23,975 nucleotides of DNA from Pyrinomonadaceae bacterium (GTDB lineage: Bacteria > Acidobacteriota > Blastocatellia > Pyrinomonadales > Pyrinomonadaceae). Shown here piece by piece: positions 8,445 to 16,156 of the stretch. The position numbers were made by a program, and so were the translations under genes. The stretch lies in NCBI GenBank assembly GCA_036399175.1, contig DASWNP010000007.1, forward strand, positions 1 through 23,975. Direction: 5' to 3'. The notes under the pieces are model-generated. The model was not told the origin of the DNA. It was given only the letters and a program-made list of their open reading frames with translations, and searched no databases. Positions within the stretch are counted from its first letter, which is position 1. The number at the start of each line of letters is the position of its first letter.

Positions 8445-9365
8445 TTACCGGTCGAGAGAATAGAGGATGTTGCCCCAGCCCTCGGGCGAGGTGTCGAGAC
8501 CCGATGCGCTGTAGCCGCGCCGGCGCAGGCGCTCGCTGACCGCCCCTTCCAGATAAGTCTCACAGATGATGTAAGACGGGCGCGCATCTGCGAGCGTCTC
8601 TTGCATTCCGTCCAGCACTATCTCTTCGGCTCCTTCGACATCTATCTTGAGCATGTCGATATGGCTCAGGCCGGTCTCCTTCATCCATGAATCGAGCGTG
8701 CGCGCCGGGACGGTAATTTTATGTCCGAGAGAGAGCGAGCCCGTCTCCAGGTGTCCTTTGGCGGGCGTCAGGGTGGAGAGCCCTGTGTTGGCTTCGGCCA
8801 GCGAGATAAAGAAATCCACTTCATCGGAGTCGGCGCTCGAAATGGCAACCTCGGTTAGTCGAATCAGATTCTCGAATCCGTTTATCTGAACCGAGCGTTT
8901 GAAATCACCGTGCAGATTCGGGTTGGGCTCGAAGGCATAGACCTTCCCTTCGCTTCCCACCCGGCTCGCCGCGAGAATCGAGAAGTAGCCGACGTTTGCG
9001 CCGACATCGACGAAGGTCTCTCCGCGTGACAGTCGGGCCGTGATGAACTGCGTCGTCTGCGGCTCGTAGGACGCAGCGCCGTTGAAATAGAGGTCGCCCA
9101 TCAGCCCCGTGATATCGACGACCATCTGCGCCCCCGTCGCCAGCTTCACGACGCGGTAAACGTCTGCGCGCTCCTGTGCGCGCCTGCTCACCGCACGGCG
9201 CAGTCGTTCCCTGACGATTTCCACGAACGAAACGCTGTTTGCGCCATAGAGCAGTTTGGAGCAGCCGGTGAGAGGCGCTTCGAGGGCGGGAAGACGCCGC
9301 AATGACGTTGCCAGAGATATGTTAAAGAGGTCGCTCAGGCTGTGAAGAAGTCGCTTCGAGGTCAT
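8445..9365 (-). CDS. FkbM-family SAM-dependent methyltransferase
   Basis: FkbM-type motifs are present: DVGANVGYFS, AFEPNP and IDMLKIDVEGAEEIVLDG. The size is 306 aa. Confidence 0.8.
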   Translation of the reverse strand: MTSKRLLHSLSDLFNISLATSLRRLPALEAPLTGCSKLLYGANSVSFVEIVRERLRRAVSRRAQERADVYRVVKLATGAQMVVDITGLMGDLYFNGAASYEPQTTQFITARLSRGETFVDVGANVGYFSILAASRVGSEGKVYAFEPNPNLHGDFKRSVQINGFENLIRLTEVAISSADSDEVDFFISLAEANTGLSTLTPAKGHLETGSLSLGHKITVPARTLDSWMKETGLSHIDMLKIDVEGAEEIVLDGMQETLADARPSYIICETYLEGAVSERLRRRGYSASGLDTSPEGWGNILYSLDR

Positions 9366-9871
9366 AGAGATTACTCTTTAGCTATCGAGGGCAATAACAT
9401 ATTTAACTCACCAAACGATAATTAGCCAACAAATTCTCGACGACAATGCGTTTGATGAATCAAGGCATACTTGCTTGTTAGCAATCAGCCACACCTATCA
9501 AGTTGCCTGTCTACTGTTTGAATCGGGGAAAAGCCGAAAGCGGCAAGCTCAGATTGTCGGGGTGTTATTTTTGCGTTTGTGCTGGTAACCGGAATTGAGA
9601 TGAGGCGACGTTTCCGCAATTCGTTCCATCATTTTCCTTCCATTCGAGACGGTATTCTGCGCCGCCTAATGGCCTCAAACTGACTCGCCCGGCCAGTCAA
9701 GGCTAGTATCGTGCCAAGTCCGAACACCGGGCTGGCCGGGTCAGCCCCATCGAGTTATTAGCCCGCACTTCGCGCCTTGAATAGAACCGGGACGGCGGTC
9801 GCCGGCCGAAACCCGATCCGCGCCGATCACCTCCGCCGTGCGGCGGGCATTTCTATGTTCGGCTTGTCGGA

Positions 9872-10252
9872 CTACCGGGACTGGCCCCGCCGCAGGCTCC
9901 ACAGCCCGCGCGCCGAGAGGATGAGGGAGAAGAGCCCGGTCACGCCGAGCGCGATGAGCGTCCAGACGAAGAAGAAGCCGCCGTTAGAGTTCGCAATACC
10001 GCTGGCGACACCGACCCCCTTCCCCTTCATATGGATGACGGGAACGGCCAACGAAAGGAGCGACGCGAGGAGGAGGATGACGTACCCCGTTCGCCGTTCG
10101 GCGAGCACCAGCGTTGCATACAGCCAGACGACGGAGATGAGCACCCCCCCGATGAGGTTTGAGAGCCCTCCCGGCTCAATCCCGCGAACGATGTCGTCTG
10201 CTAGGTGAAGCGTAAAGAAGAGGATCGAGAGCAGAGACGCGATGGTTAACAT
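9872..10252 (-). CDS. Small integral membrane protein, about 126 aa with 4 TM helices
   Basis: The track ORF 9872..10402 is trimmed to the internal Met (MLTIASLLSILFF...) at 10252. The longer N-terminal extension is Arg-rich and overlaps the HTH gene's 3' region. The product is strongly hydrophobic. Confidence 0.5.
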   Translation of the reverse strand: MLTIASLLSILFFTLHLADDIVRGIEPGGLSNLIGGVLISVVWLYATLVLAERRTGYVILLLASLLSLAVPVIHMKGKGVGVASGIANSNGGFFFVWTLIALGVTGLFSLILSARGLWSLRRGQSR

Positions 10253-10361
10253 AACACTGTGTTTCAATTGATATTCTCCCTTGCTAGATGTGTGTGTGCC
10301 TCTCGCCACGCGCATGCGTGCGCGTTCAGAAGGGCGTTCATCGGCTTGCGCTCCGTTTGCT

Positions 10362-10595
10362 CTACGCTGCCGGTCGCTCGCGTTCTGCTTGCTCAGGCTC
10401 AAACCGGAGAATGTCGCCAGGCTGGCACGAGAGCGCCTCGCAGATCGCTTCGAGCGTCGAGAAGCGGATGGCGCGTGCCTTGCCGGTCTTGAGGATAGAG
10501 AGGTTAGCCAGCGTCATTCCGACCCGATCCGCCAGCTCGGTCAGCGTCATCCGCCGGTCGTGGAGCAGGTCGTCGAGCTTAACGGCGATCGCCAT
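10362..10595 (-). CDS. XRE-family helix-turn-helix transcriptional regulator (Cro/CI-like, 77 aa)
   Basis: MAIAVKLDDLLHDRRMTLTELADRVGMTLANLSILKTGKARAIRFSTLEAICEALSCQPGDILRF is a classic short XRE HTH. The start is ATG at 10595. The preceding gene's stop and this ATG are arranged as TGA-a-ATG. Confidence 0.8.
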   Translation of the reverse strand: MAIAVKLDDLLHDRRMTLTELADRVGMTLANLSILKTGKARAIRFSTLEAICEALSCQPGDILRFEPEQAERERPAA

Positions 10596-10596
10596 T

Positions 10597-11124
10597 TCAC
10601 ACCGTCCCTTCGAGGTCTTCGCGCATGAGCGAGCCTTCGGCGAACACGCGGGCCAGCAGGAACGTGAGGAGTACGGCGAGCCAGCCGTTGATCGAAAAGC
10701 CGGCGTCGATATCGAGCGGATGCGCCGGAGTGGAAACGGATTTGGCGACCGCGCCCATGACAAGGCTGAGAATCTGCAACGCGAGCAGCGCCCAGGCGAT
10801 TGCCTGCAAACGGGACGCGTTCGCGGCGACGAATGGGTCGCCCTCGCGAACCGTCTCAACGATCGCGAGCAGCCGCTTTAAGACGGCATGATTGAGTGGA
10901 ATCGCGGCGAGACCGAGCACGGCCATCAAGCGCAGGCCCATCACCAGCCGCTCCGCTTCAGGCGAAGGAGAGAGTTTGAAGGAGGTCATGATCCATTGCT
11001 CGTGCGGCAGGACAACCAGCAGAGCGAGGATCGCGGCGCCGCCCAGCCAGTTGACGATGATAAGGATCCGCAGCAGGACGTACGCGACCGGCAGCGCGGC
11101 GGATGACGAGATTGGCCTTGACAT
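10597..11124 (-). CDS. DUF2975-like multi-pass membrane protein, the usual partner of short XRE regulators
   Basis: 175 aa with 4 TM helices. It is translationally coupled to the downstream XRE gene. An SD (AGGTGA) lies 6 nt before ATG 11124. The gene architecture matches the widespread DUF2975 + HTH pairing; the family assignment rests on architecture and topology only. Confidence 0.55.
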   Translation of the reverse strand: MSRPISSSAALPVAYVLLRILIIVNWLGGAAILALLVVLPHEQWIMTSFKLSPSPEAERLVMGLRLMAVLGLAAIPLNHAVLKRLLAIVETVREGDPFVAANASRLQAIAWALLALQILSLVMGAVAKSVSTPAHPLDIDAGFSINGWLAVLLTFLLARVFAEGSLMREDLEGTV

Positions 11125-11139
11125 GATTCATCACCTTTC

Positions 11140-11205
11140 TTATATCGAATATCAATAAACTATTTATCGACAATCGTCAAGTAAATTATTGACAGTCGAT
11201 AAACA
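11140..11205. promoter_or_regulatory. Promoter/operator region of the DUF2975-XRE operon with an imperfect palindrome
   Basis: Inverted repeat ATCGACAATCGTCAA ...(8 nt)... TTGACAGTCGAT, plus repeated TATCGA motifs. On the minus strand the -35 TTGACG and -10 TATTGAT (17-nt spacer) overlap the palindrome. Confidence 0.4.
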
Positions 11206-11315
11206 AGCCGGATTTCCCACGATGGGGCTGAACGGTGGAATGATGGCTTGTCCCATATCTACGCGCTCTGATCAGGGAGAAACGCCACGTTCCGTTAGCG
11301 AATTACGTCGAACTA

Positions 11316-11633
11316 ATGCAAGCCGGTATGGAGTTGTGCAACGAATCGGCCGTAGCGCTCCTTTTTGGCGAAGCAGTAAGACTTAAGGACGTATCGATCT
11401 TGGGACTGTTGGAAGGCGCTTTTGACAGCGTGCAATCAATGTACAAGGACATGAATCGCTATGCAGCTTTGGGGCTCGACGAGGATGTAGGAGATAGCGC
11501 GACCCTTTTACCGCTATCCACAGTAAGAAGCTGTTTGAAAATAGGCGCGTCTCTGTCCCGTCAGGGACAGAATGAAAATAGCCCAGCGATTTATCGCTGG
11601 GTGACGAGCGCATCTAAAGTTTCAGTCCCGTAG
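11316..11633 (+). CDS. Hypothetical small protein; the only plausible plus-strand CDS. Weak call.
   Basis: Its composition is not Arg-rich junk and it ends inside a strong plus-strand intrinsic terminator. There is no clear SD. Confidence 0.2.
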   Translation: MQAGMELCNESAVALLFGEAVRLKDVSILGLLEGAFDSVQSMYKDMNRYAALGLDEDVGDSATLLPLSTVRSCLKIGASLSRQGQNENSPAIYRWVTSASKVSVP

Positions 11634-11685
11634 GGACGACTGAGCCTCATTCAGTCGTCCCTACGGGACTGGGAAATGTTTTTGC
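11623..11685 (+). terminator. Strong intrinsic terminator-like hairpin, orientation-specific for plus
   Basis: Perfect 21-bp stem cagtcccgtagggacgactga / tcagtcgtccctacgggactg with a 7-nt loop, then ggaaaTGTTTTTGctgg. Confidence 0.55.
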
Positions 11686-11861
11686 TGGAATCCCAGCGAT
11701 AAACGCTCTGGCTACTATCGAAAGTTCCTTTCGGGACTTTTCAAACAGCTTCTAAGATACAATCATTATTTGAGAGGTAGAACAATTCCACAAAAAGGTT
11801 CTTTTGTGGAATAGTGCCGTGGCAAAATTGAGGTTGGCACACCAGAGGCACACAAAGCAGA

Positions 11862-11885
11862 AACGGGCAGCACTAAGGCTGCCCG
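11862..11885 (-). terminator. Terminator hairpin just downstream of tRNA-Phe
   Basis: 9-bp stem acgggcagc / gctgcccgt with a 6-nt loop. On the minus strand it is followed by TTCTGCTTTGTGTG and lies 17 nt past the tRNA 3' end. Confidence 0.5.
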
Positions 11886-11901
11886 TAACTGTTTGATTTA
11901 A

Positions 11902-11978
11902 TGGTGGCCAGGGACGGAATCGAACCGCCGACACCCTGATTTTCAGTCAGGTGCTCTACCAACTGAGCTACCTGGCCC
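11902..11978 (-). tRNA. tRNA-Phe (anticodon GAA)
   Basis: The reverse complement reads GGGCCAG-GT-AGCTC-AGTTGGT-AGAGC-A-CCTGA-CTGAAAA-TCAGG-GTGTC-GGCGG-TTCGATT-CCGTC-CCTGGCC-A-CCA. It has a 7-bp acceptor stem, canonical D and T arms, anticodon loop CU-GAA-AA and an encoded CCA. Confidence 0.9.
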
Positions 11979-12008
11979 CGTTTGGAATTTCGACTGAAAG
12001 AGGCTGCA

Positions 12009-12037
12009 AGTATAAGAAGACGAATGTTGACTGTCAA
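12009..12037 (-). promoter_or_regulatory. Sigma70-type promoter for tRNA-Phe
   Basis: Minus strand: TTGACA, 17 nt, TATACT, ending about 30 nt upstream of the tRNA 5' end. Confidence 0.5.
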
Positions 12038-12085
12038 CTCGGCTTGGTGATTCACATTTTTTGTCGATTTCGTCACAAAAAAGCG

Positions 12086-12113
12086 TTGACAGTTTTGACA
12101 AGAGGTGTATAAT
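12086..12113 (+). promoter_or_regulatory. Near-perfect consensus sigma70 promoter facing rightward on plus
   Basis: TTGACA (12086-12091), a 16-nt spacer, then TATAAT (12108-12113). It is divergent from the tRNA promoter. Confidence 0.6.
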
Positions 12114-12119
12114 GCCTCG

Positions 12120-12265
12120 CGTCAAGGATGGGCTGGCTACCAAAAGTCAGCATGTCGCAAGACAAACCATCCGCCGCCCGAACTTAGATAGTGCCCGCCA
12201 GTGCCAGCTCGGACGCCGATTGTGCCCCCCACAAGCGCTACATCCGAGCTGGCATAGCTTTTTTC
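12120..12265 (+). ncRNA. Candidate small non-coding RNA (about 145 nt) driven by the consensus promoter
   Basis: There is no credible plus-strand ORF downstream of the promoter. The first ATG overlaps the -10 box, so leaderless translation is excluded. An 11-bp stem gccagctcgga / tccgagctggc (12203-12253) with internal ttgtg/cacaa pairing is followed by atagcTTTTTTc (12259-12264). The family is not recognised. Confidence 0.3.
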
Positions 12266-12445
12266 ACTCGCTTTTGCTGCAAGTATCCTAGCAAGCTGCT
12301 CCCACTGCAAAAATTCGAGCAAGTCCCGCTGCAAAAATCTTCGCAATTTTTCTGGCTGTAACTCGTGTAGTGTTTTGCCTCAGAGTCGAACTTCGTTGGC
12401 GGCGCTCTCGTGCGAGGGTGGTAAGCAGTTCTCTTGGCGCGGGTT

Positions 12446-13771
12446 TCAGATTCCGGCGCGGTGGCTGAGGGCTTCGGCCTGAGTGGTGGCTTCGGAGATG
12501 ACCTGTCGCTCGTCGAGGGTTGTGAGCACGCCGTCGAGTAGGAGGGGCTGGCCGTCGATGAGGACGGTGCGGACATCGCTGGCCTGCGCGCCGTAGACGA
12601 CCGCCGAGACGGGGTCGGGGCGCGGCGTCATGTGCAGGCGTTCGAGGTCGATAATGGTGATGTCGGCACGCTTGTCGGGTTCGAGCGAGCCGATTTCGTT
12701 TTGGAGTCCGAGGGCGCGCGCGCCGTCGGCGGTAGCCATGCGCAGAACGCGCCGGGCGGGCAGAGCCTCTGTGCCGCTTTTGACTTTTTGTAGAAGCGTG
12801 GCCGTGCGCATCTCTGTGAACATGTCGAGACGATTGTTGCAGGGCGCACCATCAGCTCCAAGCGAGACGGACACGCCGCGCGCGAGCATCTCGTCGATGC
12901 GCGCGATGCCTGAGCCGAGCTTGAGGTTGGAAGACGGACAATGCAGGACGTGTGTGCGGGTGCGTGCGAGAATCTCAAGCTCTCGGTCGTTAACGTGAAC
13001 GCAGTGTGCGAGGGCGATGTGCGGCGCGGCGAGGCCGAGCGAGTTTAGATATTCGACGTTGCGCTGCCCTGTCGCCTGCTCGACGAAGGCTATCTCGTCC
13101 AAGTTTTCCGAAGCGTGTGTGTGAACCATGACGCCGCGCTCGCGCGAGAGCACGGCGACTTTTCGCAGAAGCTCTCGCGTGCAACTGAGAGCGAAGCGGG
13201 GGGCGAAGCAGAAACGTATGCGCCCTCCGGCTCGACCGTGCCAACGTTCCAGCAGGGCGAGCGATTCGCCGAGCGAGGCGTCGGTCTTTTCCCGCAACGC
13301 GGCGGGCACTTCGTCGCCCGTGTCCATCATGCACTTGCCGACGGTAGCGCGAAAGCCTGTCTCTTCGACGACGCGGAAGGCTTCTTCCGTGTGACTGACC
13401 GTCTCCATCGTCAGGGCGCAGGTTGTGCCGCCCTTAATCATCTCGGCGATGCCGAGCCTGGCCGACGCTCTCACGGAAGCGGGCGTGTGCGCGGCCTCCA
13501 TCGGCCAGACGCGTTTTTTCAGCCAGTTAATCAGAGAGAGGTCGTCAGCCGCGCCGCGAAAAAGCGTCTGGCAGAGATGGATGTGAGTCTGGACGAAGCC
13601 GGGCAGGACGACGCAGGCGCGCGCGTCGATTTGGAGGTCGGCGGTCGCGCCGTTCGAGTCGCCGACGGCGACGATGCGCCCTTCGCGGACGAGGATGTCG
13701 CCCGTGATGACGGAGTCGCGCGCGTCCATCGTGAGAAGCGTCCCGCCTTTGATGAGAATGGATTGATTCAT
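12446..13771 (-). CDS. Amidohydrolase-superfamily deaminase/chlorohydrolase (MtaD / TRZ-ATZ-like)
   Basis: 441 aa with the metal-binding HxH ([11 protein letters not shown]) and typical downstream His and Asp residues (HTHASE, HCVH, SLGADG). Confidence 0.8.
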   Translation of the reverse strand: MNQSILIKGGTLLTMDARDSVITGDILVREGRIVAVGDSNGATADLQIDARACVVLPGFVQTHIHLCQTLFRGAADDLSLINWLKKRVWPMEAAHTPASVRASARLGIAEMIKGGTTCALTMETVSHTEEAFRVVEETGFRATVGKCMMDTGDEVPAALREKTDASLGESLALLERWHGRAGGRIRFCFAPRFALSCTRELLRKVAVLSRERGVMVHTHASENLDEIAFVEQATGQRNVEYLNSLGLAAPHIALAHCVHVNDRELEILARTRTHVLHCPSSNLKLGSGIARIDEMLARGVSVSLGADGAPCNNRLDMFTEMRTATLLQKVKSGTEALPARRVLRMATADGARALGLQNEIGSLEPDKRADITIIDLERLHMTPRPDPVSAVVYGAQASDVRTVLIDGQPLLLDGVLTTLDERQVISEATTQAEALSHRAGI

Positions 13772-13990
13772 TGTGCGAGCGTGCGAGTGGGGGATGATTC
13801 GTTCGATTGATTATGCGCCCGCGCGCCGGAAGGTGTAAAGAGTCTCGAACGGAAATAGAGTCGGACTAAGGTCGGAGACAGAGATTAAAATCCGGCCGGA
13901 GACAGAGCTTCAGCCGCCGACCCGCACGAATCTTTCGGTTCGCCCGAAGACTCGCGGAGGCCGACGGCTGAAAGCCGAAATCGGTTTGTC

Positions 13991-15049
13991 TTACTTCTTG
14001 CCGGAGGCCGAGGCGGCTTCGCCTTCCTCTTCCATATTGGCGAGAGCCGGGATGCCGAGGGCGACGCGCACCTCGTTCTCAATGCGCCGGAGCAGACCCT
14101 TGTTGTCCTTCAGAGCCTGCTTCGAGTTTTCACGCCCCTGTCCGAGACGCTCGCCCTTGTAGGAGAACCACGCGCCGCTCTTCTCGACCACTTTATGCAC
14201 GACTCCGAGGTCGAGCACGTCGCCCTCGCGCGAGATGCCCTCGCCGTACATGATGTCGAACTCGCACTCGCGGAACGGCGGCGCAACCTTGTTCTTGACA
14301 ATCTTGACCTTCGTGCGATTGCCGACCGCGCGGTCGCCGTCCTTAATCGCGCCGATGCGTCGAATATCGACGCGGAGGCTGGAGTAGAACTTGAGAGCGC
14401 GTCCGCCCGTCGTCGTCTCGGGCGAGCCGAACATGACGCCGATTTTCTCTCGAATCTGGTTGATGAAGATAAGGCAGGTGTTGGTGGAAGCGACGATGGC
14501 CGTCAGCTTCCTGAGCGCCTGCGACATCAGACGCGCCTGAAGACCGGGCAGAGAGTCGCCCATCTCGCCGTCGAGTTCCGCGCGCGGCACGAGCGCGGCC
14601 ACCGAGTCGATGACGATGACATCGATGCCCATCGAGCGCACCAACGCTTCGGCGATTTCCAGCGCCTGCTCGCCCGAATCCGGCTGCGAAATCAGCAGCT
14701 CGTCGATTTCCACGCCGAGCTTCCCAGCATACTCCGAATCCATCGCGTGCTCGGCGTCGATGTAAGCGGCGACGCCCCCGGCCTTCTGCGCCTCGGCGAC
14801 GATGTGTAGCGCCAGAGTCGTCTTGCCCGAACTCTCAGGGCCGAAAATCTCGATGATGCGACCGCGCGGCACGCCGCCCACGCCCATCGCCGCGTCAAGG
14901 CTCAGAGACGTGGTCGAGATGGCGGGCACGTCCGAAACCTCGCGCTCGCCGAGCCGCATAATCGAGCCCTTGCCAAACTTCTTTTCAATATTGAGGAGCG
15001 CCGCTTCGACCGCTTTGCCGCGATCCGCGCCCGATTTGCTATCAGCCAT
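13991..15049 (-). CDS. recA: Recombinase RecA
   Basis: Unmistakable RecA sequence: Walker [13 protein letters not shown], then [24 protein letters not shown] and the L2 loop. I prefer ATG at 15049 (MADSK...) over the track's GTG-initiated MIGT extension. Confidence 0.95.
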   Translation of the reverse strand: MADSKSGADRGKAVEAALLNIEKKFGKGSIMRLGEREVSDVPAISTTSLSLDAAMGVGGVPRGRIIEIFGPESSGKTTLALHIVAEAQKAGGVAAYIDAEHAMDSEYAGKLGVEIDELLISQPDSGEQALEIAEALVRSMGIDVIVIDSVAALVPRAELDGEMGDSLPGLQARLMSQALRKLTAIVASTNTCLIFINQIREKIGVMFGSPETTTGGRALKFYSSLRVDIRRIGAIKDGDRAVGNRTKVKIVKNKVAPPFRECEFDIMYGEGISREGDVLDLGVVHKVVEKSGAWFSYKGERLGQGRENSKQALKDNKGLLRRIENEVRVALGIPALANMEEEGEAASASGKK

Positions 15050-15141
15050 TGTTCCTATCACTCTTTCTCGTCCCCTTTTCTCACGCGAATATGTGTCTTC
15101 CTAAAGACAGGCAGGATTGTAACACAAACGGCGCGAGAATG

Positions 15142-15153
15142 GAACAGTGTTTC
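15142..15153. promoter_or_regulatory. Candidate LexA (Cheo-box-like) operator upstream of recA
   Basis: GAACAGTGTTTC matches GAAC-N4-GTTC with one mismatch. AACAGTGTT is a perfect palindrome. It lies about 95 nt upstream of the recA ATG. Confidence 0.3.
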
Positions 15154-15247
15154 ACGCGTGCAACAAACTTTTTTTCAACGATGAGGTGAGGCTTCAACGA
15201 TTCGCGCCCGAGCGGCACGACCCCCGTCTCCCGACCCTCGCCCCTCC

Positions 15248-15287
15248 AAAACGAGGCCGCGTAAGGATACCCGAGCGGCCTCGTTTT
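15248..15287 (-). terminator. Bidirectional hairpin terminator downstream of trpA
   Basis: aaaa-cgaggccgc-(14-nt loop)-gcggcctcg-tttt: a perfect 9-bp GC stem flanked by A4 and T4. It is about 35 nt after the trpA stop. Confidence 0.5.
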
Positions 15288-15296
15288 CGTCCAATT

Positions 15297-15346
15297 CAGA
15301 TAGCATTCTTCTCAGGAATCTTCAGATAGGATTCTTCTCAGGAATC
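15297..15346. repeat. 24-nt tandem direct repeat (26-nt period, 1 mismatch) straddling the trpA stop codon
   Basis: cagatagCattcttctcaggaatc tt cagatagGattcttctcaggaatc. The second copy encodes the last 8 codons of trpA; the first lies in the 3' UTR. Confidence 0.6.
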
Positions 15347-16122
15347 AACGCGCGTGTGAAGTCGCCGATTCTGGTGACGAGATCGGGCGTGCCCGCCAGT
15401 CGCTCTATTTCGGCGACGATGGCCGAGCCGACGACCGCCGCGTCAGCGTAGCGCCAGACCTCGGCCACCTGAGTTGCGCTCGTGATTCCGAAGCCGACGG
15501 CGACGGGCAGCGACGACACGCCGCGCACGCGCGCGACGAGCCGCTCGGCCTCTACGCTCAGCTCCGTGCGCGCGCCCGTCACGCCCGCGCGCGAGACGGC
15601 GTAGATGAAGCCGCTCGCGCGCTCGGCCACCATGCGAAGGCGCGTGTCGGTCGAGGTCGGAGCGACTAAAAATATCTGGCTCAGTCCGTGCCTTGCGAGC
15701 GACGAGTTGAGCTGCTCCGACTCTTCGGGCACGAGGTCTGTCACGAGCACGCCGTCAACGCCCGCCCGCGCGGCTTCCTCGCCGAGACGCTCGACGCCGA
15801 ACTGCATCAGAGGATTGTAATAACTGAAAAGCACGACGGGCACGTCCGTCTCGCGTCGCGCCTCGGCGACTACGGACAGCACGTCGGCGACGCTCACACG
15901 ATTTTTGAGCGCACGCTCCGAGGCGCGTTGAATCACCACTCCGTCTGCCACAGGGTCGCTGAAGGGCACGCCCAGCTCGACGAGACCTGCGCCCGCACGC
16001 GCGAGTTCTGGAAGCAGCGCACGAGTCGTCTGCAAATCCGGGTAGCCCGCCGTGATGAAAGGAACAAGGGCGCGCTTCCCTTCCGTTTTTAGTCTGGAGA
16101 ATGTCTCCTGAATGCGGCTCAA
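15322..16122 (-). CDS. trpA: Tryptophan synthase alpha subunit
   Basis: Clear TrpA sequence (ALVPFITAGYPD, LGVPFSDPVADG, GFGI). The start is moved to TTG at 16122 (MSRIQETF...) with SD GGAGA 5 nt upstream. The track's longer form would overlap trpB by 44 nt and has a low-complexity extension. Confidence 0.85.
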   Translation of the reverse strand: MSRIQETFSRLKTEGKRALVPFITAGYPDLQTTRALLPELARAGAGLVELGVPFSDPVADGVVIQRASERALKNRVSVADVLSVVAEARRETDVPVVLFSYYNPLMQFGVERLGEEAARAGVDGVLVTDLVPEESEQLNSSLARHGLSQIFLVAPTSTDTRLRMVAERASGFIYAVSRAGVTGARTELSVEAERLVARVRGVSSLPVAVGFGITSATQVAEVWRYADAAVVGSAIVAEIERLAGTPDLVTRIGDFTRALIPEKNPI

Positions 16123-16156
16123 GCGGGTCTCCGGCGATGGACGGCAGGAAGGAAAA

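Noticed and set aside
9688-9740. 9-bp inverted repeat cccggccag/ctggccggg with a 37-nt loop, downstream of the membrane-protein operon
   Set aside because: The loop is too long for a convincing intrinsic terminator and it has only a weak T tract. Noted but not called as a feature.
11873-12076. 67-aa minus ORF
   Set aside because: It is spurious. It runs straight through the tRNA-Phe gene (VAQLVEHLTENQGVGGSIP is the tRNA read as protein) and the tRNA promoter.
12238-12576. 112-aa minus ORF, and the 69-aa minus ORF at 12137-12346
   Set aside because: Pro/Ser/Arg-rich composition. The first overlaps the 3' end of the amidohydrolase gene out of frame; the second lies in the candidate sRNA region without an SD.
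13872-13908. 11-nt direct repeat cggagacagag x2 in the recA 3' region
   Set aside because: It is short and lies within a nested-hairpin terminator region. It is probably incidental.
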